64,000 nt of DNA from Candidatus Eremiobacteria bacterium. GTDB taxonomy: Bacteria > Vulcanimicrobiota > Vulcanimicrobiia > Vulcanimicrobiales > Vulcanimicrobiaceae. The notes beneath the pieces are model-generated. The model was not told where the DNA came from. It saw nothing but the letters and a program-made list of their open reading frames with translations, and did no database searches. Positions 35,207-44,482 of the stretch are shown one piece after another; within the stretch, counting starts at the first letter, position 1; every line of letters begins with the position of its first letter. The position numbers were made by a program, and so were the translations under genes. The stretch is from NCBI GenBank assembly GCA_963696095.1, contig CAVOIN010000002.1:403939-467938 (forward strand). Direction: 5' to 3'.

Positions 35207-38185
35207 CTACGGCGTCCAGGCCGTGATTTTTCCACTTTCATCACCCACGTAAAGCTTTCCATTGACCACGATCGGACCGACGATGCCATGGCCGCTGAGC
35301 GCGGAGGTCCACAATTGCGTGCCGTTCAGATCGTTAAACGCGTAGGTCGCGTTGCTGCCGTAGTCGCTGATGTAAAGAACGCCGTTCGCAATCGCGATAG
35401 GAGAACGCGGTGTGTCATCCGAGGGGTTTGCAGCACCGTCTTCGCCGAAGGAGGCGTTCCAGACGGGCGTGGGGTTCAGCGTACAATTTGATTGCATCGC
35501 GAAGGCTGCTACACCCGGTTTATAGATCCCGTTGGTCGCAGGCAAGCCAACGTAGACGTATTGTGTTGTCGGGTCATATGCAGGGACGCCGATAAAATTG
35601 CCGTTATCCGTCACTATCGACATAGCGATCGTTTGGAGTGGTCCATTGCCGATGTTCGATCGATCGTATAAGACGAAGAGTCCTGATTTATTGACGGCCG
35701 CAAGCAGCGGCTGGCAACCGGACGGTTGGAAGAGGAGCGGCGTGGCTCCGTAGTCTGAGTCCGGACCCGGCGGCAACGTGGCATAGCTGTGCGCGAGGAC
35801 GCTGCTCACGTTCGAATTTAGTGCGAGAATTTGTTCTCCGTAGTAGTCGGACTGACGGACGCCGCTGACGCTGCTATCCGTGTTTCCGGTAGCAATATAG
35901 ACGTCGTTTGTCCCCGGATCTACCGATGCCCCACCGAAGCCCCAGATGCTCCCGCCGCTCGCTCCTTGCGACGGATAGAATGTTCCGGTGATAACGGCGC
36001 TCGACGTGTCTATCGACGCAATGAGGCCATGCCACGGCGAAATATCGCACGTAGAGGCCGTTTCGGCGTAAAGCAATTTGTTGGCCGGATTGTAGGTCAG
36101 ACCGGCGTAGAGAAAATCATGCCCAGATGTGCCCTGAATAGAAATTGGCCAACCTGTTGCTTCTGCTCCGGTAGCTAAATCCAGCGCGTGCACTTTCAGC
36201 GCACCGTCACCGACGTAGATCCGGTTGGTTTGGCGATCGATAACGGGAGCGCCGTTTGCGCCGAAGGTAAACGTTCCGGTACCGCACGAGTAGCCGGACG
36301 TACCTAACTGCTTCGTCCAAATCGCGATTCCGGTGTCGGCATTTATCGCAGCCACAAGCCCCGATCCACTAGCAGCGTACAAAACATTCGTAGCTTGACC
36401 GCCGACGTCCACGTTCGAAGCGTATACCGGCTCGCCGATTTCGCCTCCGGAAAGTGAATACGGCCGGCTCCAATACGCCTTAATTCCGGCGACGTTGCCG
36501 GCACCCAGTGTCTTTTCGTTCGGGTTGTATCCCGTTCGTTGTACGTCGTAACCCATCGTCAACCAATCCGTTGATGGACCGGGGCTGGGCGTGGCCGTCG
36601 GAGGCGGGCCACCACCGGTTTCGCCCGACGAATAGTGACTGGAAACCTGAGTAGCCGTGAGCGCCTTACCGGCATAGAGCGCAACCTCGTCGATAGTCCC
36701 CTTAAAGGGCGGATCGCTCAAAGTCGCATCGTCTCCGATCGCTAAACCATAACCTTTGACGTAATTCACTAAACTGCCGGAGGCTGCGACGCTAGCGGCC
36801 TGCACGCCGTTTACGTACAGACGCGCAGCGGCACCATCATAAGTGGAAACGAGGTGGTACGTAGTGTTTACTGCTAAACGCGTCGGCGATGCAACTTCGA
36901 CGACGCCGCTGCTCAAATAGAATTGAGCGACTAACTGAGACCCGGCGCGGAAGAACAATTCGTACGGAGCGTAAGAATAATCGCTTCCGTAGCCGGCTAT
37001 AACCGTATAAGCAGCCGGCGCCGTTGAGAAGCGAATCCACGCTTCCAGAGTAACGGCGGTAGCAGGCTGAAGCGCTACATTTTGGGGGAACGAGACGATG
37101 CCGCTTGCCGACGACATCCCGGGAAAAGCCATTGCCGTTCCGGTACTTGTAGGAACGAGCGAGGCAACGCCTTTCGTAACGGACGAACCGATCGTTCCGC
37201 TATAGCTGTGGCCGCTCGCGTCCGCCGCGATCGTACCCGAGTCATCGAGTTCATAAAATGCAGTGGGCTTATCGTTCAGGACTGTAAGAGCATATTGGTT
37301 GCTCGTCGACGGTGTCGGGGTCGGCGTCGGGCCTGACGTCGGCGTGGGGCTCGGCGTCGGGGTTGTTACAATCCCGCCAGTGCCTGCATTGTAGTGATTT
37401 TGCACTTGCGCCGCCGTCAAAACCGTTCCGGCATAAATAGCCACTTCGTCGATCGTGCCTTTGAACGCCGGGTCGCTTACTTGTGCATCGTCTCCTATCC
37501 CAACTCCGTAGTTTGGGACGTATCCCGAAAGAGTGCCCGTTTTTGCTACGCTCGCAACCTGATTACCGTTGACGTACAACCGCCCCGTGGTTCCATCGAA
37601 GGTGGACACGACATGATAGGTCGTATTCGCGACGAGTTTAAGCGGCGATTGAACTTCTAAAACGCCGGCCGTTGTATAGAATTGAGCTGTAAGCGCGCCG
37701 GCCGCGCGGAAGAACAGCCCGTAAGGGGCGTATGAAAGGTCGCTTCCGTAAGAAACAGCCATCGTGTAAGCCGCGGGAACGGCTGTAAAACGCAGCCAAG
37801 CTTCCACCGAAACAGCCGTGGCCGGCTGGAGCTTCGTATTTTTTGGAGTCGTTAGTATTCCCGCAGCCGACGCAGTTCCGGGGAAACTCATGGCCATGTC
37901 GCTCGAGGAGGTTAATAAACCTGGAGCCGACGTGACGACTGCTGAGCCGACGGAGCCGTTAATGCCGTTTGGCGAACTATCCAGCGCCGTAGTCCCAGTA
38001 TCGTCGAGGCGATAGTAAGCCGTTGGACCATCGGCGAGCACTACGGTCGAATAATCTGTGCCGGCCGCCAATGTGGAACGGCGTTCCAATGGCGGCAACC
38101 CAACGCCGCCGCCGTGTCCACGACAAGAGGACAGCGCCGCAACTGCTGCACTGGCAAGAATCAAAGCACGCCATGTTGCTCGCAT
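35207..38185 (-). CDS. secreted 992-aa protein: two LamG/ConA-like modules, Pro/Thr linkers, C-terminal PQQ-like beta-propeller
   Basis: Signal peptide with SSC. Two repeats of ...YY(R/E)LDD(T/S)G...FKGTIDEVA(I/L)YAG...(Q/S)HY. Linkers TPTPSPTPTSGPTPTPTPS. C-terminal half has repeated ...LYAAS.GLVAAINADTGIAIW, ...KVHALDLATGAE type blades. Confidence 0.65.
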   Translation of the reverse strand: MRATWRALILASAAVAALSSCRGHGGGVGLPPLERRSTLAAGTDYSTVVLADGPTAYYRLDDTGTTALDSSPNGINGSVGSAVVTSAPGLLTSSSDMAMSFPGTASAAGILTTPKNTKLQPATAVSVEAWLRFTAVPAAYTMAVSYGSDLSYAPYGLFFRAAGALTAQFYTTAGVLEVQSPLKLVANTTYHVVSTFDGTTGRLYVNGNQVASVAKTGTLSGYVPNYGVGIGDDAQVSDPAFKGTIDEVAIYAGTVLTAAQVQNHYNAGTGGIVTTPTPSPTPTSGPTPTPTPSTSNQYALTVLNDKPTAFYELDDSGTIAADASGHSYSGTIGSSVTKGVASLVPTSTGTAMAFPGMSSASGIVSFPQNVALQPATAVTLEAWIRFSTAPAAYTVIAGYGSDYSYAPYELFFRAGSQLVAQFYLSSGVVEVASPTRLAVNTTYHLVSTYDGAAARLYVNGVQAASVAASGSLVNYVKGYGLAIGDDATLSDPPFKGTIDEVALYAGKALTATQVSSHYSSGETGGGPPPTATPSPGPSTDWLTMGYDVQRTGYNPNEKTLGAGNVAGIKAYWSRPYSLSGGEIGEPVYASNVDVGGQATNVLYAASGSGLVAAINADTGIAIWTKQLGTSGYSCGTGTFTFGANGAPVIDRQTNRIYVGDGALKVHALDLATGAEATGWPISIQGTSGHDFLYAGLTYNPANKLLYAETASTCDISPWHGLIASIDTSSAVITGTFYPSQGASGGSIWGFGGASVDPGTNDVYIATGNTDSSVSGVRQSDYYGEQILALNSNVSSVLAHSYATLPPGPDSDYGATPLLFQPSGCQPLLAAVNKSGLFVLYDRSNIGNGPLQTIAMSIVTDNGNFIGVPAYDPTTQYVYVGLPATNGIYKPGVAAFAMQSNCTLNPTPVWNASFGEDGAANPSDDTPRSPIAIANGVLYISDYGSNATYAFNDLNGTQLWTSALSGHGIVGPIVVNGKLYVGDESGKITAWTP

Positions 38186-38284
38186 AGTAGTTTCAGCGTA
38201 GGGGCCGCCTCTGCGTCGCGGCAGAGCATTGCGTCGCGTGCGCTAGGACAAACGACTTAGTTCAAAACTGGGATTTCGCGGCGC

Positions 38285-38560
38285 CTATGCGCTGAGATAA
38301 TTCAGAACCGAAACCACGAACAGAGCGGCCGTTTCGGTTCGAAGAATTTGTTCGCCAAGTGAGAGTATCGCGGCACCGTGTTGCTGTGCCGACTCCGCTT
38401 CCTGATGTGAAAATCCGCCCTCGGGGCCAATTACGATAAGCACGCGTCTCGCGTTTTGAATCAGCTTCGGCAGCGTCTCGCGTAGCGGGATGCGATCGGC
38501 AATCTCCCACGGGAACAGTACGGTATCGTACGAATCGAAATAGCATGTTCGCCTTGCCGG
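38285..38560 (-). pseudogene. rsmE: 16S rRNA (uracil1498-N3)-methyltransferase, C-terminal fragment only
   Basis: Minus-strand frame gives ...YFDSYDTVLFPWEIADRIPLRETLPKLIQNARRVLIVIGPEGGFSHQEAESAQQHGAAILSLGEQILRTETAALFVVSVLNYLSA* (stop 38285-38287). About 150 N-terminal residues are absent, and the frame runs into the unrelated high-GC segment. Confidence 0.7.
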
Positions 38561-38613
38561 TAAGGTCTGTCGGAGCAGGAAGAGGCGATTCGCTTCGAAA
38601 GGGGGAAGGTCGC

Positions 38614-38967
38614 ATGAGCTTCGCTCTCATCCATCGCGACGACTGCGAGACCGCCGGCAACTGGAGGCTGGTCCGGCGCTCCCTCGGGGTGCAGTCCTTT
38701 GGCGTCAATCTCGTCGACATCCCGCCGGGCGAGCAGCTTCCTGCGCACGACGAGACCGCGCGCGACCAGGAGGAGCTGTTCTATGTCCTCAGCGGCAGCC
38801 CGACGCTCGTGATCGACGGCGAGGAGCACGCGGCGCCGACCGGCACCTTCGCGCGGATCGACCCCGAGCATCCGCGCACCGTCCGCAACGACGGGGAGGC
38901 CGGCGCGAGCGTGCTGATCGTCTCTGCGCCGCGATCGAGCGGATACGAGTCGATGGAGTGGGCATGA
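38614..38967 (+). CDS. cupin domain protein
   Basis: ATG 38614 follows GGGGGAAGG. FGVNLVDIPPGEQLPAHDE...EELFYVLSGSPTLVIDGEEH. Confidence 0.65.
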   Translation: MSFALIHRDDCETAGNWRLVRRSLGVQSFGVNLVDIPPGEQLPAHDETARDQEELFYVLSGSPTLVIDGEEHAAPTGTFARIDPEHPRTVRNDGEAGASVLIVSAPRSSGYESMEWA

Positions 38968-39389
38968 GCGCGGCGACCGATGCACTGCGTGCGACGATCG
39001 ACGCCTACAACGACGCGTGGAACGCGCACGACGTGGCCCGCATCGGCTCCATGCACGCACCCGACATGGTCTTCGAGAACCACACGGCCGGTGAGCGGGC
39101 CGAGGGCGAGCAGGCGCTGAGGCACATCGCCGGCATCTTCGAGTCCTGGCCGGACATCGAGTTCCAGACGCGCCGCCTGTACGTGCGCGAGGACCTCGTC
39201 GTCCAGGAGTGGACGGCGAGCGCGACGCATGTCAGGCCGCTCGCGCGCGGTGAGATCGTGGCCGAGCCGTCGGGCAGGCGCATCGAATGGGACGGCATGG
39301 ACATCATCCCCTTCGAGGACGGCAAGGTCAGCCGCAAGGACGTCTACTCGGACTCCGTCTCGATCCTGCGCCAGGTCGGGCTGTTGTAG
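38958..39389 (+). CDS. SnoaL-like / NTF2-fold protein
   Basis: ATIDAYNDAWNAHDVARIGSMHAPDMVFENH...GRRIEWDGMDIIPFEDGKVSRKDVYSD. Confidence 0.6.
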   Translation: MGMSAATDALRATIDAYNDAWNAHDVARIGSMHAPDMVFENHTAGERAEGEQALRHIAGIFESWPDIEFQTRRLYVREDLVVQEWTASATHVRPLARGEIVAEPSGRRIEWDGMDIIPFEDGKVSRKDVYSDSVSILRQVGLL

Positions 39390-39422
39390 CCGCAGAGCTA
39401 GACCGGCCGGCGCGCCGCGCGC

Positions 39423-40511
39423 TCAGGGAGCGGTGAGCAGCGACGCCAACCTCGGAACGGTGCCGAACGAGGGAAGCAGCGCAAGCGCCCCCGGGCTGCG
39501 CCTGAGATAGCCATCCAAGAAGGCGACGCTGACGCGCTCGACGATCGCGAGCTGGGGCTGCTCGCGGGTGTAGGGCGGGAGGTGGCCTGCCCCGAGCAGC
39601 CGCAACAGGTACTTCGGGTGCCGTGCGGCGGCGAAGAACGCGTAGGTGAAGCGCGGTTCATTCGTGGTGTCGGCGGTTCCCTGGATCGCGAGCAGAGGCG
39701 GGGAACCGTGACCGAAGTCGAAGCCTCCGACTCCTGACATCTCGGCGCCCGACATGATCACCGCGGCGCTCACGCGGCGGTCGCGGAAGCGTCGGCTGTA
39801 GGCGACTGCGAGCGCCGTCATGCCGCCGTCGGACTGTCCCGCGACGGCGATGTGCGCCGCGTCGATCAGGCCGGCGAGCGGCCCGGCGGCGGTGCTGCTG
39901 TCCGCGAGGACGTTTGAGATCACGAAGCTCATGTCGGTCGGCTGGTTGATCAGGTCGGACTCGTCGGGCCCGCCGGGCGCGTTGGCGCTGGCGAGCGGGA
40001 ACTCGGGGGCGGCGACGATGTAGCCGGCCCGCGCGAAGCTCGCCAGCAGGCGCGCGTAGGTCCTCGGAGTGACCGCGAAGCCATGCCCGAAGACCACGAG
40101 CGGATACGGGGCGTCGGCGTGCGCCGCGGGCGCATCGGGCACGTCGGTCCGTGCTACGGGGCCTTGCGCGGGGTAGCGCACGTAGGTGAGGAGTGTCCGC
40201 GCCTCGGTCCTACCGTTCGGCAGGCGAATCGTGCGCGAGCGGTCCACTAGGCGCAGCGTGCGCAGCCCGACGGCGAAGGGCGGCCCGTGAGGCGCGGGCG
40301 GCGCCGGCGGGACCGGCGGGACCGGCGTGGGCGACGCTTCCTGTCCACCGGTCACGGCGCTCCGGGCGGACGGCGCGGCGCCGCTCGGGGGACGAGATGG
40401 GATCGGCCGGGCGGCGGCTGGCACCGCGGTGAATGTGAGCGCGACCAGCGTCGCGAGCGCGCCCGCCAGCCGGCCAAGCGCGATCGCCTGCGTTGCGCTC
40501 GTGCCCGACAC
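39423..40511 (-). CDS. secreted alpha/beta hydrolase (PAF-acetylhydrolase/chlorophyllase-like)
   Basis: Ala-rich signal peptide. VVFGHGFAVTP and nucleophile elbow GQSDGG. Confidence 0.6.
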   Translation of the reverse strand: MSGTSATQAIALGRLAGALATLVALTFTAVPAAARPIPSRPPSGAAPSARSAVTGGQEASPTPVPPVPPAPPAPHGPPFAVGLRTLRLVDRSRTIRLPNGRTEARTLLTYVRYPAQGPVARTDVPDAPAAHADAPYPLVVFGHGFAVTPRTYARLLASFARAGYIVAAPEFPLASANAPGGPDESDLINQPTDMSFVISNVLADSSTAAGPLAGLIDAAHIAVAGQSDGGMTALAVAYSRRFRDRRVSAAVIMSGAEMSGVGGFDFGHGSPPLLAIQGTADTTNEPRFTYAFFAAARHPKYLLRLLGAGHLPPYTREQPQLAIVERVSVAFLDGYLRRSPGALALLPSFGTVPRLASLLTAP

Positions 40512-40532
40512 CGCGCCATCGTGTCAGATCGC

Positions 40533-41384
40533 TCAGCCCCGGCGCACCATGTTGACGAGCGCGCCGAGCCCGTCGACCTCGACGGTGACGGTGTCGCCGT
40601 CTCTGAGGAAGCGGTCCTTGCTGGCGCCTACTCCGGCGGGCGTCCCGGTGGCGATGATGTCGCCGGGGAGAAGCGTGAGCGTGCGGGAGAGCCACGAGAT
40701 CGTCTGGGGCACACCGAAGATCAGCTCGCGCGTGTTCCCCTCCTGGAGCAGCTCGCCGTTGACCCGCGTGCGCAGGCCGAGCGCGTGTAGATCCTCGATC
40801 TCATCCAACGTAACGAGCGCCGGGCCGCACGGTGCGAACGTGTCGATTGCCTTCCCGCTCGTCCACAGCGGGTTCTGGAGCTGCAGGTCGCGTGCGCTGA
40901 CGTCGTTGAAGGGCATCGCTCCGGCGACGTGATCGAGCGCGTCGGCAACGGGGACGTCGCGGGCGGCACGGCCGATGACGACCGCGAGCTCGGCCTCGTA
41001 GTCGACGTAGTCCGGATGCGAGTCCGGCAGGACGATGTCCTGGCCGCTGCCGACGAGCGAGTTCGCGAACTTCGCAAACCACATCGGCGCCGTCGGGATC
41101 TCCTGGCCGGACTCGGCAGCGTGGTCTCGGTAGTTCAGCCCGAGGCAGATGATCTTCTGCGGGTCAGGCACCGGGGCGAGGAGCCGCAGGTCGGTGAGCG
41201 CGACCCGATGGGGCGCGGCTTCTGCTCGACTGGCGAGCTCGAGGAGCGCAGCCGCATCGAGCGTCGCGAGAAGGCCACGAACCGAGTGCGATGGGGCATC
41301 GAGAGTGCAGACGGGGACCACGTCCTCGCCGAGCAGCACGCCTGCACTGGGGCCGGGCTCGTCTTGATAGCTCACGAGGCGCAT
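40533..41384 (-). CDS. fumarylacetoacetate hydrolase (FAH) family protein
   Basis: 283 aa. KIICLGLNYRDHAAE...YEAELAVVIG...LLPGDIIATGTPAGVG. Confidence 0.8.
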   Translation of the reverse strand: MRLVSYQDEPGPSAGVLLGEDVVPVCTLDAPSHSVRGLLATLDAAALLELASRAEAAPHRVALTDLRLLAPVPDPQKIICLGLNYRDHAAESGQEIPTAPMWFAKFANSLVGSGQDIVLPDSHPDYVDYEAELAVVIGRAARDVPVADALDHVAGAMPFNDVSARDLQLQNPLWTSGKAIDTFAPCGPALVTLDEIEDLHALGLRTRVNGELLQEGNTRELIFGVPQTISWLSRTLTLLPGDIIATGTPAGVGASKDRFLRDGDTVTVEVDGLGALVNMVRRG

Positions 41385-41474
41385 CGCTCACCGCAGTTCC
41401 TACTCGATCGGCATGGCCGCCCACGCGCCGGCCATCGGCCACGGAGCCGTGAGCCGCGGATACGATCGCGCCCA

Positions 41475-42275
41475 ATGACGACGCGAAGGCCGACCTCTGG
41501 CTGGCTCCTCGCCCGCCTTGGAACCACCCGCCGGTTCGCGGGTCGGGCGAGCCACGCCGTACGGCGAGTGTGCTGGGCGGTCGAGGACCGACGTCTCACG
41601 ACCGAGCAACGGCGCGGCGTGCTCGGGCCGGCACATCTACGCTGGCGGCCCCCGGTCGACCATCGGCGGTGTTGGTCGGACTACGACTGGAGCGGGCGAG
41701 GGGAGGAGTGGAACGCCTCGCCCGAGTGGAAGCAGGCCCTCGTCGACGACGTCCTTGCCCGCTGGATCCCAGCCGGCGGAGCAGTCCTCGAGATCGGCCC
41801 AGGCGCGGGACGCTGGTCGGAGGCGTTGGCGGCGCGCGCTTCGCGCCTGGCGCTCGTCGATGTCAGCGAGCGGCCGCTGGAACTGTGTCGAGAACGCTTT
41901 CGCGAGGACACCAGGATCGAGTACATCGTTTCCTCCGGAAACGATCTGCCCGGTGTCGAGGACGAATCCATCGATGCGGCGTGGTCGTTCGACGTCTTCG
42001 TCCACCTGACTCCCCGCGACCAGGCGGCCTATCTGGAGGAGATCGCGCGTGTGCTGGTGCCGGGCGGTGTAGCGGTGTTGCACCACTCCGACGGGCGTAA
42101 CCGCGGGCGCCTCCAATCCCGCTCGGGCTGGCGCTCACCGATGTCGCGACGCCTGCTCGCGGCGCTGGCGGTCGAGCGCGACCTCCGGGTTGAGTGCCAG
42201 TTCGCCTCATGGGGCCGGGACCAACGCCATGACCTGAGCGCCTTCGCAGATGCCATCACCGTGTGCAAGCGTTGA
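41475..42275 (+). CDS. class I SAM-dependent methyltransferase
   Basis: ATG 41475. Motif I VLEIGPGAGRWS. ALVDVSERPLE, SIDAAWSFDVFVHL. The upstream part of ORF 40929.. is antisense to the FAH gene. Confidence 0.65.
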   Translation: MTTRRPTSGWLLARLGTTRRFAGRASHAVRRVCWAVEDRRLTTEQRRGVLGPAHLRWRPPVDHRRCWSDYDWSGRGEEWNASPEWKQALVDDVLARWIPAGGAVLEIGPGAGRWSEALAARASRLALVDVSERPLELCRERFREDTRIEYIVSSGNDLPGVEDESIDAAWSFDVFVHLTPRDQAAYLEEIARVLVPGGVAVLHHSDGRNRGRLQSRSGWRSPMSRRLLAALAVERDLRVECQFASWGRDQRHDLSAFADAITVCKR

Positions 42276-42453
42276 GCGCCCACGATCTCCTCCTGCGCAT
42301 CGTTTCGGGCGCGGGCCAGAGCGCGGGAACCCCCGGCGAGCGTTCGCACGGCGAGACGCCGATTGGCTAGGATTTCTCACACGTCTCGTCGAGCCTGAGG
42401 GGGTAGCGATCAATCCCACAGACACAAGGAGCGACCGTCAGCGCCACGGGGAC

Positions 42454-42831
42454 GTGCTGACCGCGATCTCCGACGGGATGGTCGCGCTGATGAAGGAGTT
42501 CTACGGGCGAGGCCCGACCCGCGCGAAGTCCTATTACGAGGACGACCTGGTCGTATGCGTCCTGCGCGGCGGCTTTTCGCGGGCAGAGCAGACCCTGCTC
42601 GACGGCGGCCGCGGGGCCGCTGTCATTCAGCAGCGCATGGAGTTCCAGGAGGTCATGCGCGGGCGCTTCGACGACGTGATCGAACGCGCAACAGGCCGAC
42701 CGGTGATCGGCTTCATGAGCGGAAACCAGCAGGCGCCGGACATGATGTGCGAGGTCTTCATCCTGGGCCCGACCGATCTCGTTGACGAGGACGAAGTTCC
42801 GGCCGCCGGGCCCTCTCCGCCCCACACCTGA
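42454..42831 (+). CDS. DUF2294 family protein
   Basis: ISDGMVALMKEFYGRGPTRAKSYYEDDLVVCVLRGGFSRAEQTLL...EVFILGP. Start is uncertain (GTG 42454 or ATG 42478). Confidence 0.6.
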   Translation: MLTAISDGMVALMKEFYGRGPTRAKSYYEDDLVVCVLRGGFSRAEQTLLDGGRGAAVIQQRMEFQEVMRGRFDDVIERATGRPVIGFMSGNQQAPDMMCEVFILGPTDLVDEDEVPAAGPSPPHT

Positions 42832-42970
42832 ACCGAGGTCGCAGAACTGGCCTCGACGACCGGGCGGCGCTATGCTCTCCCAAGGAGGGCATCACTGGGG
42901 CGTGTTTGAGGCGGGACGGGCAGCACGAACTGGCTTCTGGCACCTGCTTACGCAAGCAGCCGGAGGTCGC

Positions 42971-43474
42971 ATGTCTCAGCTCCCCGCAGTAGCACAGGCG
43001 ACATCGCGATCTCGTGCCGCGCCTTTTGGTTGCGGTCTGCGCCGAGCCGGCACGGATGCGACGTGGGTCCATGCTGGCGGAGAACTCGACTTGTCCACCG
43101 CCCCACAGCTCGAGCGCACGATCCGAGCGGCCCAACTCCACGCCCGCCTGGTAGGGCTCGATACGCGCGAGGTTTCCTTCATCGACTGCTCCGGCCTTCG
43201 CGTGATCCTCGCGGCAAGCGCGGGCGTGGAACGGGGCGGGCCCCCGTTGGTGATGGTGCCCGGCCCGGTCGTGGACGATCTGCTCAAGCTCGCAGGCGTC
43301 GACGATCGGATCTGGACCCTTGACCTCCCCCCGCCTGAGCCCGACCGGAATCTGCACCTGGTGCCCGGGGTGCCCGCGGACGGAGGCTGGTCGACGCTCC
43401 AAGACTTGAACGGTACGGGCCCCCGGGCCGCCGTTCGGGAAGGCGCCGGGCGAGGACTCCTGTCGCGGCGCTAA
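42971..43474 (+). CDS. STAS domain protein (anti-sigma-factor antagonist-like)
   Basis: ATG 42971 follows GGAGG. HAGGELDLSTAPQLERTI...VSFIDCSGLRVIL. C-terminal extension. Confidence 0.6.
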   Translation: MSQLPAVAQATSRSRAAPFGCGLRRAGTDATWVHAGGELDLSTAPQLERTIRAAQLHARLVGLDTREVSFIDCSGLRVILAASAGVERGGPPLVMVPGPVVDDLLKLAGVDDRIWTLDLPPPEPDRNLHLVPGVPADGGWSTLQDLNGTGPRAAVREGAGRGLLSRR

Positions 43475-43538
43475 ACCGGCGTGACCGTACCCTCCCCTCG
43501 GGTGCGGTCACGCCTACCACGCGTCGCTGGGTCCCCAG

Positions 43539-43928
43539 CTAGAGGACTGCGATCGCCTCGACCTCGATCATCATCGCTGGGAATGCAAGAGACTTGACCT
43601 CGACTGCCGTAGAGGCCGGCTGCTCGGCCTTCACGAACTCGGCTTTGATCCGCCCGTAGTCCGCAAGGTTGGTCATGTCGGTCAGGTAGACGGTCAGCTT
43701 CGTCACCGACTCGAACGACGCGCCGGACTGATCGAGCACCGTCTTGAGGTTCTCAAAGGTCTGGCGAGCCTGCGCGTCGAAGTCGCCTTCCCCCACGATC
43801 TGCCCGTCGGCCGATACCGCTGCCTGTCCGGAAACGAACACGATTGACTGAGCGCCGTCAACTCTCCAGGCCTGCGAGAACCCAAACTGGTCTTGCCATG
43901 TCCACGGGTCCACCTGCCTCTTCGTCAT
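43539..43928 (-). CDS. RidA/YjgF family protein
   Basis: ATG 43926-43928 follows GGGAGGG. VFVSGQAAVSADGQIVGEGDFDAQARQTFENLKTVL...IEVEAIAV. Confidence 0.75.
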   Translation of the reverse strand: MTKRQVDPWTWQDQFGFSQAWRVDGAQSIVFVSGQAAVSADGQIVGEGDFDAQARQTFENLKTVLDQSGASFESVTKLTVYLTDMTNLADYGRIKAEFVKAEQPASTAVEVKSLAFPAMMIEVEAIAVL

Positions 43929-43962
43929 GTGCCCTCCCACCCCATGGTTTGCCGGCGGAAGC

Positions 43963-44469
43963 TCACTCATCGACAGCGGCTTCCCCTAGGGGCATGAAGT
44001 CGATCCCGCTGTCTCGGCCCACACTCGCGACACGCTCGAAGTCCGGAGGCCCCGCCAACGGCGCCGGCAGGACCCCGGGCTCCAGCGGCTCGCCAAGCGC
44101 CTCGAAGAATCGCTGGTGCTGGCTTCCCGGCGAGACGATGGTGAGCATCCGCGCCCATCCCGGACCAGGGTTTCGGAAGGAATGGACGACTCCCGGCGCG
44201 ACGCCCAGGAAGTCTCCCGGCGCGCAGCTGAACAGTGAACCGTCGGCCTCGATCTCGAACGTGCCTTCGAGCACATAGAAAGCCTCGTGGTTTCGCTCGC
44301 TGTGAGGGGGAACGCCCCCTCCGGCCGGAGTCCTGCATTCCCAAAGAAAGAATCCGTCGTCAGTGGCGTCAGGCGTCTCGAGAAATGTCAGGCCATGCCC
44401 AAGCACGGCAAGACTTGGAGTAGTGCCCGCCTTGACGCTCGTTACCTGGCTGGATCTGACCTTCATCAT
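43963..44469 (-). CDS. cupin domain protein
   Basis: 168 aa. GGGVPPHSERNHEAFYVLEGTFEIE...GVVHSFRNPG. Confidence 0.65.
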   Translation of the reverse strand: MMKVRSSQVTSVKAGTTPSLAVLGHGLTFLETPDATDDGFFLWECRTPAGGGVPPHSERNHEAFYVLEGTFEIEADGSLFSCAPGDFLGVAPGVVHSFRNPGPGWARMLTIVSPGSQHQRFFEALGEPLEPGVLPAPLAGPPDFERVASVGRDSGIDFMPLGEAAVDE

Positions 44470-44482
44470 CGCCCCACCCCCG

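Noticed and set aside
38461-39060. ORF 38461..39060(-) and ORF 38262..38720(-) spanning the junction, which could suggest continuity across it.
   Set aside because: Both are out of frame with the rsmE fragment, are antisense to the cupin gene, and translate to Arg-rich low-complexity sequence.
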